Shown one piece after another: positions 1-17,310 of a DNA stretch of 64,000 nucleotides. Origin of the DNA: the human T2T-CHM13v2.0 reference genome, Homo sapiens. The stretch lies in the NCBI RefSeq assembly GCF_009914755.1, contig NC_060934.1; one strand, written 5' to 3'. How positions within the stretch are numbered: the first letter of the stretch is position 1; each line of letters begins with the position of its first letter. The position numbers were made by a program, and so were the translations under genes. The notes under the pieces were generated by a model, which saw only the letters and a list, made by a program, of their open reading frames with translations, had not been told where the DNA came from and did no database searches.

Positions 1-49
1 AACGTGTGGTAGGAGGCCCTCCCTTCACATCCTGGCCTCAAACCTCCAG

Positions 50-175
50 CCGGTGGCCTTGGGCGGGTCGCTCAGCGTGTCTGGACCTCTGTTTCTCATC
101 TGGATAATGAAGGAGAGGGTGGAGGTGAGGACCCAGGTTGCCTGCCAGGCTCTTGTGAGAATTGGAGGTGTAAAA
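50..175. mobile_element. MIR fragment
   Basis: MIR core-like ctctgtttctcatctggataatg. Confidence 0.55.
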
Positions 176-210
176 GGGCTTTCTTTTTTGTTTTTTTAGA
201 CGGAGTCTCG

Positions 211-265
211 GGAGGGGGGTTAGATGGCGGGAGAGGGGTTAGATGGCAGGAGAGGGGTTAGACTA
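211..265. repeat. 19-bp G-rich minisatellite, ~3 copies (ggagaggggttagatggc[g/a])
   Basis: Units start at 211, 230 and 249. Confidence 0.85.
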
Positions 266-1067
266 GTCCCCTGGGGGATTGGTTATGGCTGTGGGGGAAG
301 TCGGAGGGAGGCTCTGGGGATGTGTAGGGTTTGGGCTCGGCCTTAAGGGATGGGTGGAATTTGGCCAGGCACAGATGGGGGAGGGGTGGTGCTTTGGGCA
401 TCACCAGCCCTAGGCTCATGGTTGCCACCCTCCCTTCCGGTACCGCCTTCCCTTTTCTGCATTTCCACCCAGAGATGGACTCTCAGCTTTGAATTCTTTT
501 TAGGAAGTGACTTTATTGTTTTTATTTTTTTTCTCTATCTAAGGTAGTCAGAATATTATTTTTGTGATAATGCTAGATGCTTAGTATGTAAAATTCAAGT
601 ACAATGGGTAAATACAGAGAAGAATGCAGCAAATCACCACCACTCCCACCACCCAGATGGAACTGTTTAGTTATTTGGTCCGTATGCGTATAGACACCTC
701 AGTAGGCCTACCCGGTGGGTGGGAGTGGGAGCATGGGGGCTGGAGGGCCAGAAAGTTTTATAAGCACAGGGAAAATGCACAGTTTAAATTTACCTTCAGG
801 CCAGAGTTGGAAAGATTGTCTCACCTGAAACAGTCCTTCCCTTCTGTCCGCTGCCTACATGACTGTATCGGATGGGGAAAGAGGGAATGGGGAACTTTCA
901 GGCCATGGCCTTCAAAACCTCCCCATTCAGACAAATTACAGAAAAGGAGCCAGTCTCAGTGAGCATATTCCAGCTCTAGAACAGTGGCTTTCCAACTTTT
1001 AGACTAAAACCTCAGACACAGACACCCACACATAACTGAAACAAAAGCCTTATGAAACCCATATTTT

Positions 1068-1203
1068 AGCTGGGCACAGTGGCTCATGTCTGTAATTCCA
1101 AACACTTTGGGAGGCCGAGGTAGGAAGATCACTTGAGCCCAGGGGATCAAGGCTGCAGTGTTTGCAGCGTTGTACTCCAACCCGGGCAACAAAGTGAAAA
1201 AAG
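1068..1203 (+). mobile_element. Alu monomer (FLAM/FRAM-like)
   Basis: gctgggcacagtggctcatgtctgtaattccaaacactttgggagg... with short A tail. Confidence 0.8.
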
Positions 1204-1365
1204 AAACTCATGCTTATCAACTCATGCTTATCATTATGATACAGAGGCATTCTGATATTTTCTAATCTACACAATGCTGTTGTGTTTAAAAAAGAAAAAA
1301 AAAGCTTATCTTAACCTACCAAATTGTTGGCACAGCCTGCAGTTTGAGAAATGTCACTGTTGACC

Positions 1366-1545
1366 AGCGATTTTCAAACGTTCGTGTGCATCAGACTCAA
1401 CTGCAGAGTGTGCTAAAACAATCTGCTCCCCTCTCCTGAGGTTCTGAGTCATTAGTTCTGGAGTGGGACCTGAGGATTCGCATTTCCACCAAGTTCCCAG
1501 GAGGGGCTGATACTGCCAGTCTGGGGACCCCACTTTGAGACCCAC
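1366..1545. mobile_element. MER5A-like hAT-Charlie MITE
   Basis: cagcgattttcaaac ... gcatttccaccaagttcccagg ... cactttgag. Confidence 0.7.
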
Positions 1546-2659
1546 CCTCCTGGGGTGTTTTTAAGGCAACATGCTCCCTTGGCAAAGACCATCAGGGGAT
1601 TTGCTTTATTGAATGGATGAGAATTGCTGATTGCTAACATCCGAACGGTGGATCTCTGAGATACTTGAGGATGCTGGTCAGGCATTGTCGTTGGGATCTT
1701 TAACACCACCCTCCTAAAATCCAGCTCACACTATTAATATAAAGTGTTGCATGTAGAAAAGGCCTGCTAAGCAAAGGGACATTTATGCCTAGCCCTAGTT
1801 GAATTCCCTGCCTCTCAAATCCCAGACCTGCAGAACATAAAACCCTCCCAGCCTTTCTGAAAACACTGTTCTTCTAAAGGCAATGAAAGGCGCTATTTAG
1901 CATGTGGGTTTCAACTTTCTGTTTTTTCAAAGGGAAGAAGGTAGGTCAAGCGTGACTGCCCCATGGGGAAGGCTGTCCCCGCTGGCTCTGGTAGGGGTCT
2001 GGTGGGTTTCACTGGCGGTCCCCAGTTTCCCAGCTTTAACCGGAAATTTTCCTGGCATTGTATCACGCGGCAGCACCTCGGCCTTGCAGCCTGCCAGCTT
2101 TGGAGACTGGCCTGTATCCCAAACTGCTTCTGCTCTCCAACCAGGGACTGTCAGCCCCCACCCCTAAGCCTCCTCCTCTGTAGCCTTGGGGCCTCCATGG
2201 GCCCCTCCCCAGCCTCGCAGCCCTCCAGAAGCCAGCCCTCAGCTGGGAGCAGCTTTGCGAGGGAGGGGAATGTTCAGTGGGCACAGAGCACTTCTGTTCC
2301 AGTAACAATGGCCCGTTGATGACTAGATTCTGCCCAGGTCAGCTCCCTCAACTGGACTTTGAGGAGGAGAAAGGACTCCAGCCCCCCCAGGCAGCCATTT
2401 CTGGGTGTGAGGTTGATTCAGAGGCCTGAGCCTCTGTCTGCCCACAGAACCTCATTCTTCAGGCCCTGGTGCAGCAGGGAGAAACGCCCATCCCAGGGCA
2501 GTGTAAGGCCCCAGGAGTGATTCCGTTCTGTCCAATTCAACAGTCAGTTATTGAATAGTCCTGGCCACTGAGGTTTGGTGCTAAGTAGCTGTGGGGAATA
2601 AGAATAACTGCTGACATGAATTCAATGCTTCTTACTGTCAACCCCGCCCCTGGCTGCCC

Positions 2660-2800
2660 AGTAGTCTCTAGGGAACTTATAAAAATTCCCAGGCACAGAT
2701 TCCTCCCACCTCAGAATCTTCAGGGGTGAACCCTTGGCACTGATATTTTTTAAAAGCTCTCAGAGTGATTCTCATGCCCAGCAGGGATGCAGCATCACTG
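2660..2800. mobile_element. MER5-like fragment
   Basis: tttttaaaagctctcagagtgattctcatgcccagcaggg...atcactg. Confidence 0.6.
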
Positions 2801-2868
2801 GCCTCCAGTCTGTCAGATGCTGTGCTAAGCATTTAACTTGGAGTACCCCATTTAAGGAAGCAGGTGCT

Positions 2869-3666
<798 letters not shown>

Positions 3667-4270
3667 GGGCTGTCATTAACCCTGCTTTACAGATGAAGTA
3701 CGGGGGCCAGGCAGTCACCTGGGCTCACCCAGCTAGTGGGCTACCGAGCTGGAAGAACCAGGTTGTCCGACCCCTTCTTCACTGCCCACCACACCTCACC
3801 ACACTGCCCCCTCTTGGCAGTCAGACAGACATGGGTTCAATCTCAGCTCTGTCATCTTCTGTCTGTGTGTCCTGTGCTGCTGGTGAGGCTTGTTTGGCCA
3901 GGGGGAGGCCCCAGGAAGGGGAGGGGTGGAGACCAGTTGGAAAGATAGGGTGGGCCAGGTTGTCCCCAGGTGGAAGAGTTTGGACTTGATTTTGGAGGAA
4001 TGGAGCCCACAGGGCACTGTCTGGTCTCCTCTGCCATATTTCTTGATGATGCCTCAGACCCGCAGGCCTGCTCAGTCTTTGAGATCTGACATAATGCAGC
4101 AACCCAGCTCCCATTGAGAACCTCAGGATTGGGACCAGAATCATCATTCTACTCCTTGTCACCCACAGCCAGTGACAGCCATTTATCTGGGACGGCCAGT
4201 GAGCTCCTGTTTCCCAGGAAGCCAGCAGTGGCCTGGTGCCTCCAAAATGTTTCTTCCAAGATTCTCCTAG

Positions 4271-4615
<345 letters not shown>

Positions 4616-4648
4616 TGAAATACAAACAAATACAGAGAGTTTTCCAGA

Positions 4649-5304
<656 letters not shown>

Positions 5305-5419
5305 CAAAGCCACACCACAAGTTGGTGACAGGTCCTGAAAGATCAGTTCCTGACTAGGACTCTGATCTGTCCACTGCTGTACAGCTGCTCCCTTCTGGCT
5401 AAATCAGCTTGCTCAGACA

Positions 5420-5640
5420 CAGAGCATAGTGGTTGAATTTGTGGACTGTGGAGCCAGGCTTCCTGTGTTCCGATCCCAGCTCTGCCTTTAACTCAGGGTA
5501 AGTTTTCTCATCCCCTTGCCTTTGATGGGGATGGTGACTATTATCCATAAGCATTATCCAGGGTTCTTCCAAAGATTAAGTACATTTATGTACATGAAGT
5601 ACTTGGAACAATTCCTTGTTCACTGTGTTAACTTCTGTTA
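5420..5640. mobile_element. MIR
   Basis: gcatagtggttgaa...tggactgtggagccagg...atcccagctctgcc. Confidence 0.7.
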
Positions 5641-6504
5641 CTATTCAGCTCCTCTAGGGCAGGGGCTGTGTCTTTTCCTTCCTGTTCCTAGTGCCTGGTT
5701 CCATGCTTGGCCCAGAGCAAGTCCTCAGCAAATGAATATACTTGTTTCATGTGAGCTTTTGTCACTCAGAGATTCTTTAGGTACTTTCCCAAAAGCTTGC
5801 ACTCTTACAAATTTCCATCTTAGTTCTTCAAATCTTTCTTCTCCTCCTTCCTGCCGCAGAATTGCCATAGAGCAGCCTGAAGCTTGCTCTGCCCCTTGCA
5901 AAGTCCAGTGAGCCGTTCAAAGATAACCCAGATGTCCCAAGCCTCCCAGCCAGAGTGCCTGTGCTGCGCAGCTGGCGTGGTTGCCCCAGTCTCCTTCGCC
6001 CCAAGGCCATGCTTGGCCGACCCCCTGACCCGCTGAGGTTGCGCAGAGCTTTTTGGGCCCTGTAGCAGCACTGCTTGGGCACCAAGCCTTGCATGGTCTC
6101 ATGGGACTCACTGCCTGCAGCCGCTAGTCCCAGCTCCCCTCCTTACCAGAACCCACACCATGTTGTCCAGCTGATGGGGGATCACATATCATGCTATTCC
6201 CTCCAGGATCCTGTCCCCTGTTTTTCTCCCCCTGCCATGAGGAGTAGCATCCTCATTTAGCCTTTCCCTCAGAAAGTCCCCACGCTTATCACTACACATG
6301 AATAGATCCCAGGAAGGTCACTTTCTCATGGTTCTGCAAAAAGCCAAACTCCAGTTGAGGTCCAGTTTGAACCCAACTAGTTCACTCCTCTGCCCTAGAA
6401 AGGCCATTTCTGCTCAATCTTACTGCCCCACCTCTACTTCCAACTTGCAAAGATCTCTTGAAACCCTGCCTCCTGTTGTGGGAGCTAGTTTTCTTTTCTT
6501 TTTT

Positions 6505-6905
6505 TTCCTTTTCATTACACAGTTTCATTTTGACATAACAGTAGATTCACACGCAATTTTAATAAATTGTACAGAGAGGTCTCATGAATCTGTTACCCAC
6601 TTCCCCCTATGGTAACATTCTGTGAAAGCCTAGCCTAATGTCACAATCAGAATGTTGACTTCATACAGAATCCCCTGTGGTGCCCTTTTATAACTACACT
6701 CACTTCCCTCCTGCCCCCACCCCTTCCTTGACCCTTGGCAATACTAGTCTGTTCTCCATTCTTACAGTTTTGTCATTTCAGGAATGTTCTATAAATGGAA
6801 TTATGCAGTGTGTAACCTTTTGTGATTGGCTGTTTTCACTCAGCACAGTTCCCTGGAAATTCATCCAAGTTATTGTATGTGTATCAGTGTTGTTTTTTTT
6901 TACTA
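6505..6905 (-). mobile_element. Old L1 (L1M) 3'UTR fragment
   Basis: tagattcacacgca...atggaattatgcagtgtgtaaccttttgtgattggc. Confidence 0.7.
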
Positions 6906-7074
6906 AGTAGGTAAAACAAGGGACACAGACCTGTTCTCCTGGCATCCCTCCCTGGTTAGCAAGAGATTCAGCAGGCCGCTGCCACTCTGGCCTTGCTGAT
7001 AGCTAGTGTGTGTGCAGGCAGCAGCTCCCGCTGTCTGTAAGAGCGCCAGGGTAGTGAAGTTGGGTGCTCTAAAA

Positions 7075-7245
7075 GTAGTGGCTCTCCATCTTTGCTGATT
7101 CTAGGTTAGAATCACCTAAGGAGCTTTAAGTAATCTTGATGCCCAGGCCACACCAATGCAATCTGAATCTGGAGGTGGCACCCAGGCCTCAGTGATTTGT
7201 AAACTTCTCTGGATGATTCTTATGCTGTCAGAGTTGAAAACCAGT
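7075..7245. mobile_element. MER5B-like
   Basis: ttagaatcacctaaggagcttta...gatgattcttatgc...gttgaaaaccagt. Confidence 0.6.
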
Positions 7246-7649
7246 CCTCTAAAACAGCCGCAGCAGATTCACAATAGCTGTGCCATCCTCCACCCATGAT
7301 AGATGTCACAGAGCAATCGCAGCACTCGTATTTTCAAATACGGCGCTCCAGGCAGCCCCTTCCCATCTGTCAGCTTTGGCCCGGGGTGGAAATTGACTTG
7401 CCCTCTTAGCTGAGAAACCGTTTGGCCATGGCCATGTCCAGGTGTGCCCAGGCCCGAGGCCTGACATGTTAGGTGAGTGTCCCTGTAAGTAATGCTGGAA
7501 AGGTGGGCCCTTGACCGATAGGAATAGTTGCAGCAGGCAGAGATCGCCTGGGCTGGTTCTATAAGATAAACCCGAAGTGGATCAGCCAGTGTCCCTCCCC
7601 TGCAGCCCAGCATGGGGAGAGATGTACCCAAGAAATACCAACCAACAGT

Positions 7650-7890
7650 GCCATTGGCATAGACGGGCTCTGGCTGACATTTGTTCAGACCAGCAATAAT
7701 GCCCAGCCTGTGTGCAATCTTCCCAATTTTCGGAGCTCACACAGCTTCCTTGATGCTCACAACAACCCTGTGGGGCCAGCCTAAGCTCAGAGAAGTTAAA
7801 TTCCTCACCCAACGTCAGCAGAGAGTAAGTGGGAGAGCTGGGACCCACTCCAAGTCTGTCCGAGTTCAGGGCCATCTGTCCAACGCTCAG
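7650..7890. mobile_element. MIR
   Basis: ctcacaacaaccctgtg...gctcagagaagttaa. Confidence 0.6.
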
Positions 7891-8264
7891 AGCAGTTAGA
7901 CAATTGACCTCTGTTTCCACTGGCAGACCGAGTGTAGATGGGCTCCTCTGTGGCCATAGATCAGTCAGAGGATAGCAGCAGACACATGCGGACCAAGCCT
8001 CCTGCTGCCCAAGACCCCTGTGGCCCCTCTCTCCCTAACCGCTGCTTCTCCTACAGATCTAGTGCAGAGATGTTGGACAGAACACAAGAGGTTGAAGTCA
8101 GGGCGGGAGCAGGAAAAAAAAAAAGAATAAGAAGAAAAGAGGCTGGAGTTCCTCCTTTCATCACAGGAATAAAACCCCTTCCTGCTGTCAATGGGACCAT
8201 TAAGTGGGAGTTTGAGGAAGCTCCAGAGGATTCAAATTCTGTTGCCACTGTATAGAAACAGAGG

Positions 8265-8670
<406 letters not shown>

Positions 8671-9153
8671 TTAGAAGGTCAGGAAGGAGGATAGAGCAAG
8701 AATTAGGGATCCTAGACTTATGCATGGAGAGTTTTTCTCTACCCGGTTATCTCAGAAATCCTGTAATGGAGCCGTCTTTCCAGAGGTGCAGAACAAAATG
8801 GGAAGCTGTGGCCATTGTGTAGCCATTGAAGGCTAGCCCATGGTCCCCTCACAGCTTCCATGGGCTTCTCCCGAGCATGTGCACGTATGATGCACCCATT
8901 GCATGTATACGTACATGCACACATTTCTGGTCAAAAGGTTGATGATTGATAAAACTGACAAAAGCTCCAAACCCCACAAATGAGCACAGCGTTTTGTAAT
9001 AATGAGCATGACCAAAATGGGAAAAAATAGGGCACATGAGGGATGAGGGAAGAAAAAGGACTCCAGGGCCCAGAAGATTCCTAGGCTTCCTTAGCCACCT
9101 CCTCCTAAAGTAGGGGTAATAAGTACATGGCACATGTGCCAGCCCTTCCCCTG

Positions 9154-9559
9154 TGATATAGTTGGGATATTTGTCCGCACCCAAATCTCATGTTGAATTG
9201 TAATCCCCAATGCTGGAAGTGGGGCCTGGTGGGAGGTGTTTGAGTCATGGGGGTGGATCCCTCATGGCTTGGTGCTGTCTTCCTCATAGTGAGTTCTTGC
9301 CAGATCAGGTCATTTAAAAGTGTGTGGCACCTCCCCATTCTCTATCTCTCATTCCTGCTTTTGCCATTTGAAGTGCCTGCTCCTGCTTTGCTTTCCGCCA
9401 TGATTGAAAGCTCCCTGAGGCTTCACCAGAAGCCAAGCAGATGCCAGCACCATGCTTCTTGTACATCCTGCAGAACCAAGAGCCAATTAAACTGCTTTTC
9501 TTTATAAATTACCCAGTCTCAGGTATTTCTTTATAGCAGTGCAAAAACAGCCTAATACA
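9154..9559 (+). mobile_element. MST (MSTA/MSTB) MaLR solo LTR
   Basis: tgatatagttggg...cccaaatctcatgttgaattgtaatcccc...cctaataca; near-TSD ccctg/cccta. Confidence 0.85.
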
Positions 9560-9713
9560 CCCTATCTATACACACAGCAGACATCACTACTCAACTGCCA
9601 TGTTCTTTCCCACAGAAAACAAGCCTGATCTCAGGATTCTTCTCATCAAAGTGCTCCAGGCTGCCAATTACCAACCTATTAGCTTTTACTCATGAGATGA
9701 AAATGATTTGCCA

Positions 9714-10295
9714 GGCCGGGTGTGGTGGCTCACACCTGTAATCCCAGCACTTTGGGAGTCCGAGGCAGGTGGATCACTTGAGGTCAGGAATTCGAGACCA
9801 GCCTGACCAAAATGGTGAAACCCCATCTCTACAAAAATGTAAAAATTAGCCGGGCATGCTGGCACTCACCTGTAATCCCATCTACTCAGGAGGCTGAGGC
9901 AGGAGAATCTCTTGAACTTAGGAGGTGGAGGTTGCAGTGAGCTGAGATTGCGCCACTGCATTCCAGCCTGGGCGACAGAGCAAGGCTCTGTCTGACAGAA
10001 AGAAAGAAAGAAAAAGAAAGGAAGGAAGGAAGGAGAAAATAATTTGCCAGCCTCAGCTTGAGCCCAGGAGTTCGAGACAAGCCTGGACAACAGGGAAAGA
10101 CCCTGACTCTCCAAAAAGCTTTTTTTAAAAATAGCGAGGTGTGGTGGCACATGCCTGTGATCCCAGCTATTTGGGAGGCTGAAGCAGGAGGATCACTTGA
10201 GTCCAGGAGGTTGAGGCTGCAGTGAGCCATGATCACACCACCGTATTCCAGCCTAGGCAGTGGAGCAAGACCCGTCCTCAAAAAGAAAAAAAAAA
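9714..10295 (+). mobile_element. AluS with (GAAA/GGAA) tail followed by a partial AluJ
   Basis: Alu 9714-10035; second, 5'-truncated Alu ~10055-10295. Confidence 0.85.
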
Positions 10296-10974
10296 GTTGG
10301 AAACCTGATACAGTCACCATTTTTGTCAGGATCCCTCTTGCTTGTTCTGGGTTAGGTTCATCACAAAGCTGCTTAGATGGACTTGGTTATTCAAGTAAAT
10401 ATTAAGCGCTAACTGTGTGTAGGATGATGGATTGGGACACAACTCCATATGCTTTTTATTTCCATTATTTTTATAACTTTCTCTTATATTGATATTTTAG
10501 TAACATGGTAACAAATTTAAACAATAGAAGAAAGTAGAAGTTAAAAGTCAGTGACAGTTCCCACCCATTCCCCAGTTCCCTCAACCACTCTTGTCAATCT
10601 CTTCTTTCCATCTCCAAAGATATCCAGCATTTGCATGGATCCAGTCCAGTTTGTAGGCAGTTGGTAGCATGCCACGCATACTCTTGCCCTTGCTTTTATC
10701 ACTCATGTCTTGAACAGCATTTTATGTCAGCCCTCCAGAACTTCCTCTTTCTTTTTAATCATTACAGAGTATTGCACTGATAAATGTACCTAACATTGAG
10801 CTAACAAGTTGCTGTTTTTTGTTTTGGTTTTGGTTTTGCCTATTAACATGCATTAATGTCATGGTTAGCCTTTTGTAATTATAATCGATTTATTGTTGTA
10901 TATGTCCTTGTTGTATCCATGCAAATATATCAGCAAGATTAGTTCCTAGAAGTGGAATTCCTGGGTCGAAGAGT

Positions 10975-11640
<666 letters not shown>

Positions 11641-12437
11641 TAAGAGTATGCATATTTAAAACTTGTGATGGTTTGGCCAAATCATCCTTCAGAAAGGACA
11701 CTCCCATGAACATTATGTATTAGGACGGGACGGGCTATGCTGTAGGAACAATTAGTCCCCCAAATCTTAGTATTTAACACAGCAAAGGCTTGTTTTTTCT
11801 CTTGCGTCACATCTGATGCAGATGGGGTGGCTCTCTAAGCAGCATCCCAGGGATCCAGGCTGCTTCCATTGTGAACTAAGCCAGTTGGAACATGTGGCCT
11901 CCACTGTTGCCACAGCCAGGGGAGAGAGGCCTGGATGAATGTGTGGGAAAATTTTAAGCAAAGTGGCTTACATCACTTTCACCCACATCCTACCTGTCAG
12001 AACCAGTCATATGGCCTCAGCCTGACTGCAAAAGAGTCTGGGCAATGTGGAGGAGCCCCTGGCCACTCGATGAGCCTCACGTCTCTGCCAGTCGGTTCCC
12101 CAGAAATTCACCCACACAGTATATTCCAGGGCGTTTTGTTCTTCGCTAATTAAATATATGAAAAATGGCGTCATGTAGACTGTCGTTCTGCCCTGCACGT
12201 CTGTGCTTTCTTTGGGCAGTTGCCCTCCGCCTTTTTCTGCTGAAATATTCATAGGGGATTATGTTCACTCCAGACACACTCCAGTGGCCTTCCCCAAATT
12301 TTCCCAAAACCCCAAAACCTTTTGTGGGGAAGCCCTAAGACATTCTATATTTTGGCTGTTACAGGCATACCTCAGAGGTATTGCAGGTTCAGTTCCAGAC
12401 CACTGCAACAAAATTAATATCACAATAAAGCAAATCA

Positions 12438-12780
<343 letters not shown>

Positions 12781-12989
12781 TTACTTTTATACTATACTGT
12801 AGTCTATTAAGTGTACAGTAGTATGTCTAAAAAAAGTACATAACTTAAAAATACTTTATTTGCTGAAAAAAATGCTAACAATCATCTGAGACTTTAGCAA
12901 GCGACTTGTAGTCTTTTTGCTGGAGAGGGTCTTGCCTCAATGTTGATGGCTGCTGACTAACTGCTGAAGAGTAGGGTGGCTATGGCAAT

Positions 12990-13313
12990 TTCTTTCTTTC
13001 TTTTTATTTTTTTTGTTTTTGTTTTTTGTGTTTTGAGACAGGGTCTTGCTCTGTTGCCCAGGCTGGAGTGCAATGCCACAATCATGGCTTGCAGCAGCCC
13101 TGATCACCTTGGCAATGCCCCGACCTCAGCCTTCCGAGTAGTTGGAACCACAAGTGCATGTCACCACACCCAGCCTATGTTTTTATTATTTGCAGAGACA
13201 CAGTCTCACTATGTTTCCCAGGCTGGTCTCGAACTCCTGGGCTCAAGGAGTTCCTGGGCCCGCTTGGGCCTCCCAAAGTGATGGGATTACAGGTGTGAGC
13301 CACTGCACCCAGC
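12990..13313 (-). mobile_element. AluJ inside Tigger1
   Basis: Antisense diverged Alu; flanking caatttctt. Confidence 0.85.
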
Positions 13314-13408
13314 CACAATTTCTTAAAATAACACAACAATAAAGTTTGCTGCATCAATTGACTCTTCTTTTCATGACGGATTTCTCTGTAGCATGCAATG
13401 CTGTTTGA

Positions 13409-13793
<385 letters not shown>

Positions 13794-13815
13794 CAATTTA
13801 TAGAATATTCTAAAT

Positions 13816-14036
13816 CAAGCTTGTCCAACCCGCAGGCCACGTGCAGCTCAGGACGGCTTTGAATGTGGCCCAACACAAATTTGTAAATTTTCTTAAAATA
13901 TTATGAGATTTTCTTTGCGTTTTTTGTTTGTTTGTTTTCTCATCACATATCGTTAGTTGTTAGTGTATTTTATGTGTAGAACAAGGCAATTCTTCTTCCA
14001 GTGTGGCCCAGGAAAGCTAAAAGACTGGACACCCTG
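13816..14036 (-). mobile_element. MER30 (hAT-Charlie) inside Tigger1
   Basis: caagcttgtccaacc ... tggacaccctg termini; 8-bp near-TSD ttctaaat/ctccaaat. Confidence 0.85.
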
Positions 14037-14507
14037 CTCCAAATCCTTTGTTGTCATTCACAGCATCTTCACCAGGAGTAGCTTCCATCTCAAAAACCAC
14101 TTTCTTGACTCATACATAAGAAGCAACTCATTCATTCAAGTTTTATCATGAGATTGCAGCAATTCGCTCATATCTGCAGGCTTCATGTCTAATTCTAGTT
14201 TTCTCTTATTACTTCCACCACATCTGCAGTTCATTTCTCCACTGAAGTCTTAAACCCCTCAAAATCATCCACATGGATCCACTTCCTCCATCCACTTCTT
14301 AGCATCCACTTCTTCTAAATTAGCATCCACTTCTTCCACATTCCTATTCATGTTGATATTTTCACCTCCTCTCCTGAGTCACAAATGTTCTTACTGGCAT
14401 CTACAATGGAAGGTTTTCAGTTTACTTTGCCCAGATCCAACAGAGGAATCACTGTCTATTGCAGCTATAGCCTTACAAAATGTATTTCTTAAATAATGTA
14501 ACTTGAG

Positions 14508-15115
<608 letters not shown>

Positions 15116-15125
15116 TAATTAATTA

Positions 15126-15215
<90 letters not shown>

Positions 15216-15557
15216 TTACCTGTCCATCAGAGCTCTTGGGAGACCAGGTGCATTGTCAATGAGCAGTAGTATTTTAAGCAGTAGGTGTCAACAGTGGGCT
15301 TAAAATATTGAATAAATCATACTGTAAACAGATATGCTGTCATCCAGGCCTGTTCCATTTACAAGCACAGGCAGAGTACATCTTGCTTAATTGTTAAGGT
15401 CCCTAGGAGTTTTAGAAGGGTCAACGAGCATTGGCTTCAGCTTAAAGTCACCAGCTACCTTAGCCCCTAACAAGAGAATCAGTCTGTCCTTTGAAGCTTT
15501 GAAGCCAAGCATTGACTTCTCCTCTCTAGCTATGGAAGTCCTAGATGGTATCTTCTT

Positions 15558-15878
15558 TCAATAGAAGGCTGTTTGGTCTACATCGAAAACCTGTTGATTA
15601 TTGTAGCCACCTTCGTCAGTGATCTTAGCTAGATCCTTGGGATAACTTGCTGCCAATTCTCCATCAGCACTTCCTGCTTTACCTTGCACTTTTATGTTAT
15701 GGAGATGTCTTCTTTCCTTAAACCTCATGAACCAACCAACGCTAGCAGCTTCCAAATTTTCTGCAGCTTCCTTGTCTCTCTCAGCTTTCCTAGAATTGAA
15801 GAGAGTTAGGGACATGCTCTGGTTTAGGTTTTGGCTTAAGGGAATGTTGTGGTTGGTTTGATTTTCTATCCAGACCAC
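15558..15878 (-). pseudogene. Degenerate Tigger1 transposase fragment (CENP-B-type HTH to start of the DDE domain)
   Basis: [17 protein letters not shown]...[19 protein letters not shown]...[17 protein letters not shown] resembles Tigger1/TIGD transposase; ends in a stop and is flanked by Alus. Confidence 0.85.
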
Positions 15879-15974
15879 TCAAACTTTCTCCATATCAGCA
15901 ACAAGTCTTTTTCACATTATTATAATTTGTGTGTTCACTAGAGTAGCCCTTTTCATTTCCTTCAAGAACTTTTC

Positions 15975-16273
15975 CAGCCGGGTGCGGTGACTCACGCCTG
16001 TAATCCCAGCACTTTGGGAGGCTGAGGTGGGCAGATCACTTAAGGTCAGGAGTTCGAGACCAGCCTGGCCAACCTGATGAAACCCCCTCTCTACTAAAAA
16101 TACAAAAATTAGCCTGGTGTGGTGGCAGGCACCCGTAATCCCAGTTACTTGGGAGGTTGAGGCACAAGAATCACCTGAACCCAGGAGGTGGAGGTTGCAG
16201 TGAGCCGAGATCACGCCACTGCGCTCCAGCCTGGGCAGAGCGAGAGTCTGTCTCAAAAAAAAAAAAAAAAAAA
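15975..16273 (+). mobile_element. AluS inside Tigger1
   Basis: Full Alu interrupting the transposase ORF. Confidence 0.9.
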
Positions 16274-17219
16274 GAATTTGTCTTTCGCACTCACAGCTTG
16301 GCTAACTGTTTGGTGCAAGAGGCCTCACTTTTAGCCTTTCTGGCTTTCAGCATTCCTGCCTCACTAAGCTCCATCATTTCTAGCTTTTGATTTTAAGCAA
16401 CAAAAGCGTGACTCTTTCTTTCACTTGAACACTTAGAGGCCATGGCAGGGTTATTAATTGGCCTAATTTCAATATTGTTGCATTTCAAGGAACAAGGAGA
16501 GGCCTGGAGAGAGGGAAAGAGACCAGGGAATGGCTGGTTGGTGGGGCAGTCAGAACACAGACATTTATCGATTAAATCCATTGTCTTCTATGGGTGTGGT
16601 TTGTGGCACCCCAAAACACTTACAATAGTAACATCAACAATCACTGATCACAGATCACCATAACAGATATAATAATAATGAAAAAATCTGCACTATTGCG
16701 AAAATTACCAAAATGTGACACAGAGACACACAGAGAGCTCATGCTTTTGGAGAAATGGCACTGATAAGACTTGCTCAAGACAGGGTTGCCACAACCTTTG
16801 ATTTGTAGAAAACACAGTATCTGTGAAGCATAATAAAGCAAAGCACAATAAAGTCTGTCCTGTTTGTATTCACAAAAACATATAAAGGCATGTGAGTAAT
16901 AATATAAAATTAGCTGGGTCAAGATCGTTGCCAGCTGTGGTGTGGAATGGATTGGCAGCAGTTCTGTGCCATTTCCCAGGCTCTCTGTGCCTCCACCTCC
17001 TCCCTCATTCATGAAAGACAAGCCAAGCAAGGGACAAAGGTATACAATAGTTGCTGTAAATGTCCCTATTTCACCTATGAGAAAACTGTACTCAAAGAGG
17101 TTTAAATTCCTTGCCTAAGGTCATAGGACCTCAAAGACAATAAGCAAAAGCAAGGAAACTGAACGCACTCATAGCTACACAGAGATTCATTGCTAACTTT
17201 GTCAGACGTTGTGCCAAGA

Positions 17220-17310
17220 CTCTCTCTCTTTCTCTCCCTCTCTCTGTCTCTCTACCAACCCCCCCCCAACGTATGTGTCTCTGCGTGTGTGTGTGTGTGT
17301 GTGTGTGCAT
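17220..17310. repeat. (TC)n and (TG)n microsatellites
   Basis: Direct sequence. Confidence 0.85.

Noticed and set aside
15558-15878. Domesticated TIGD-like gene
   Set aside because: The ORF is interrupted by stops, Alus and MER30; it is a fossil.
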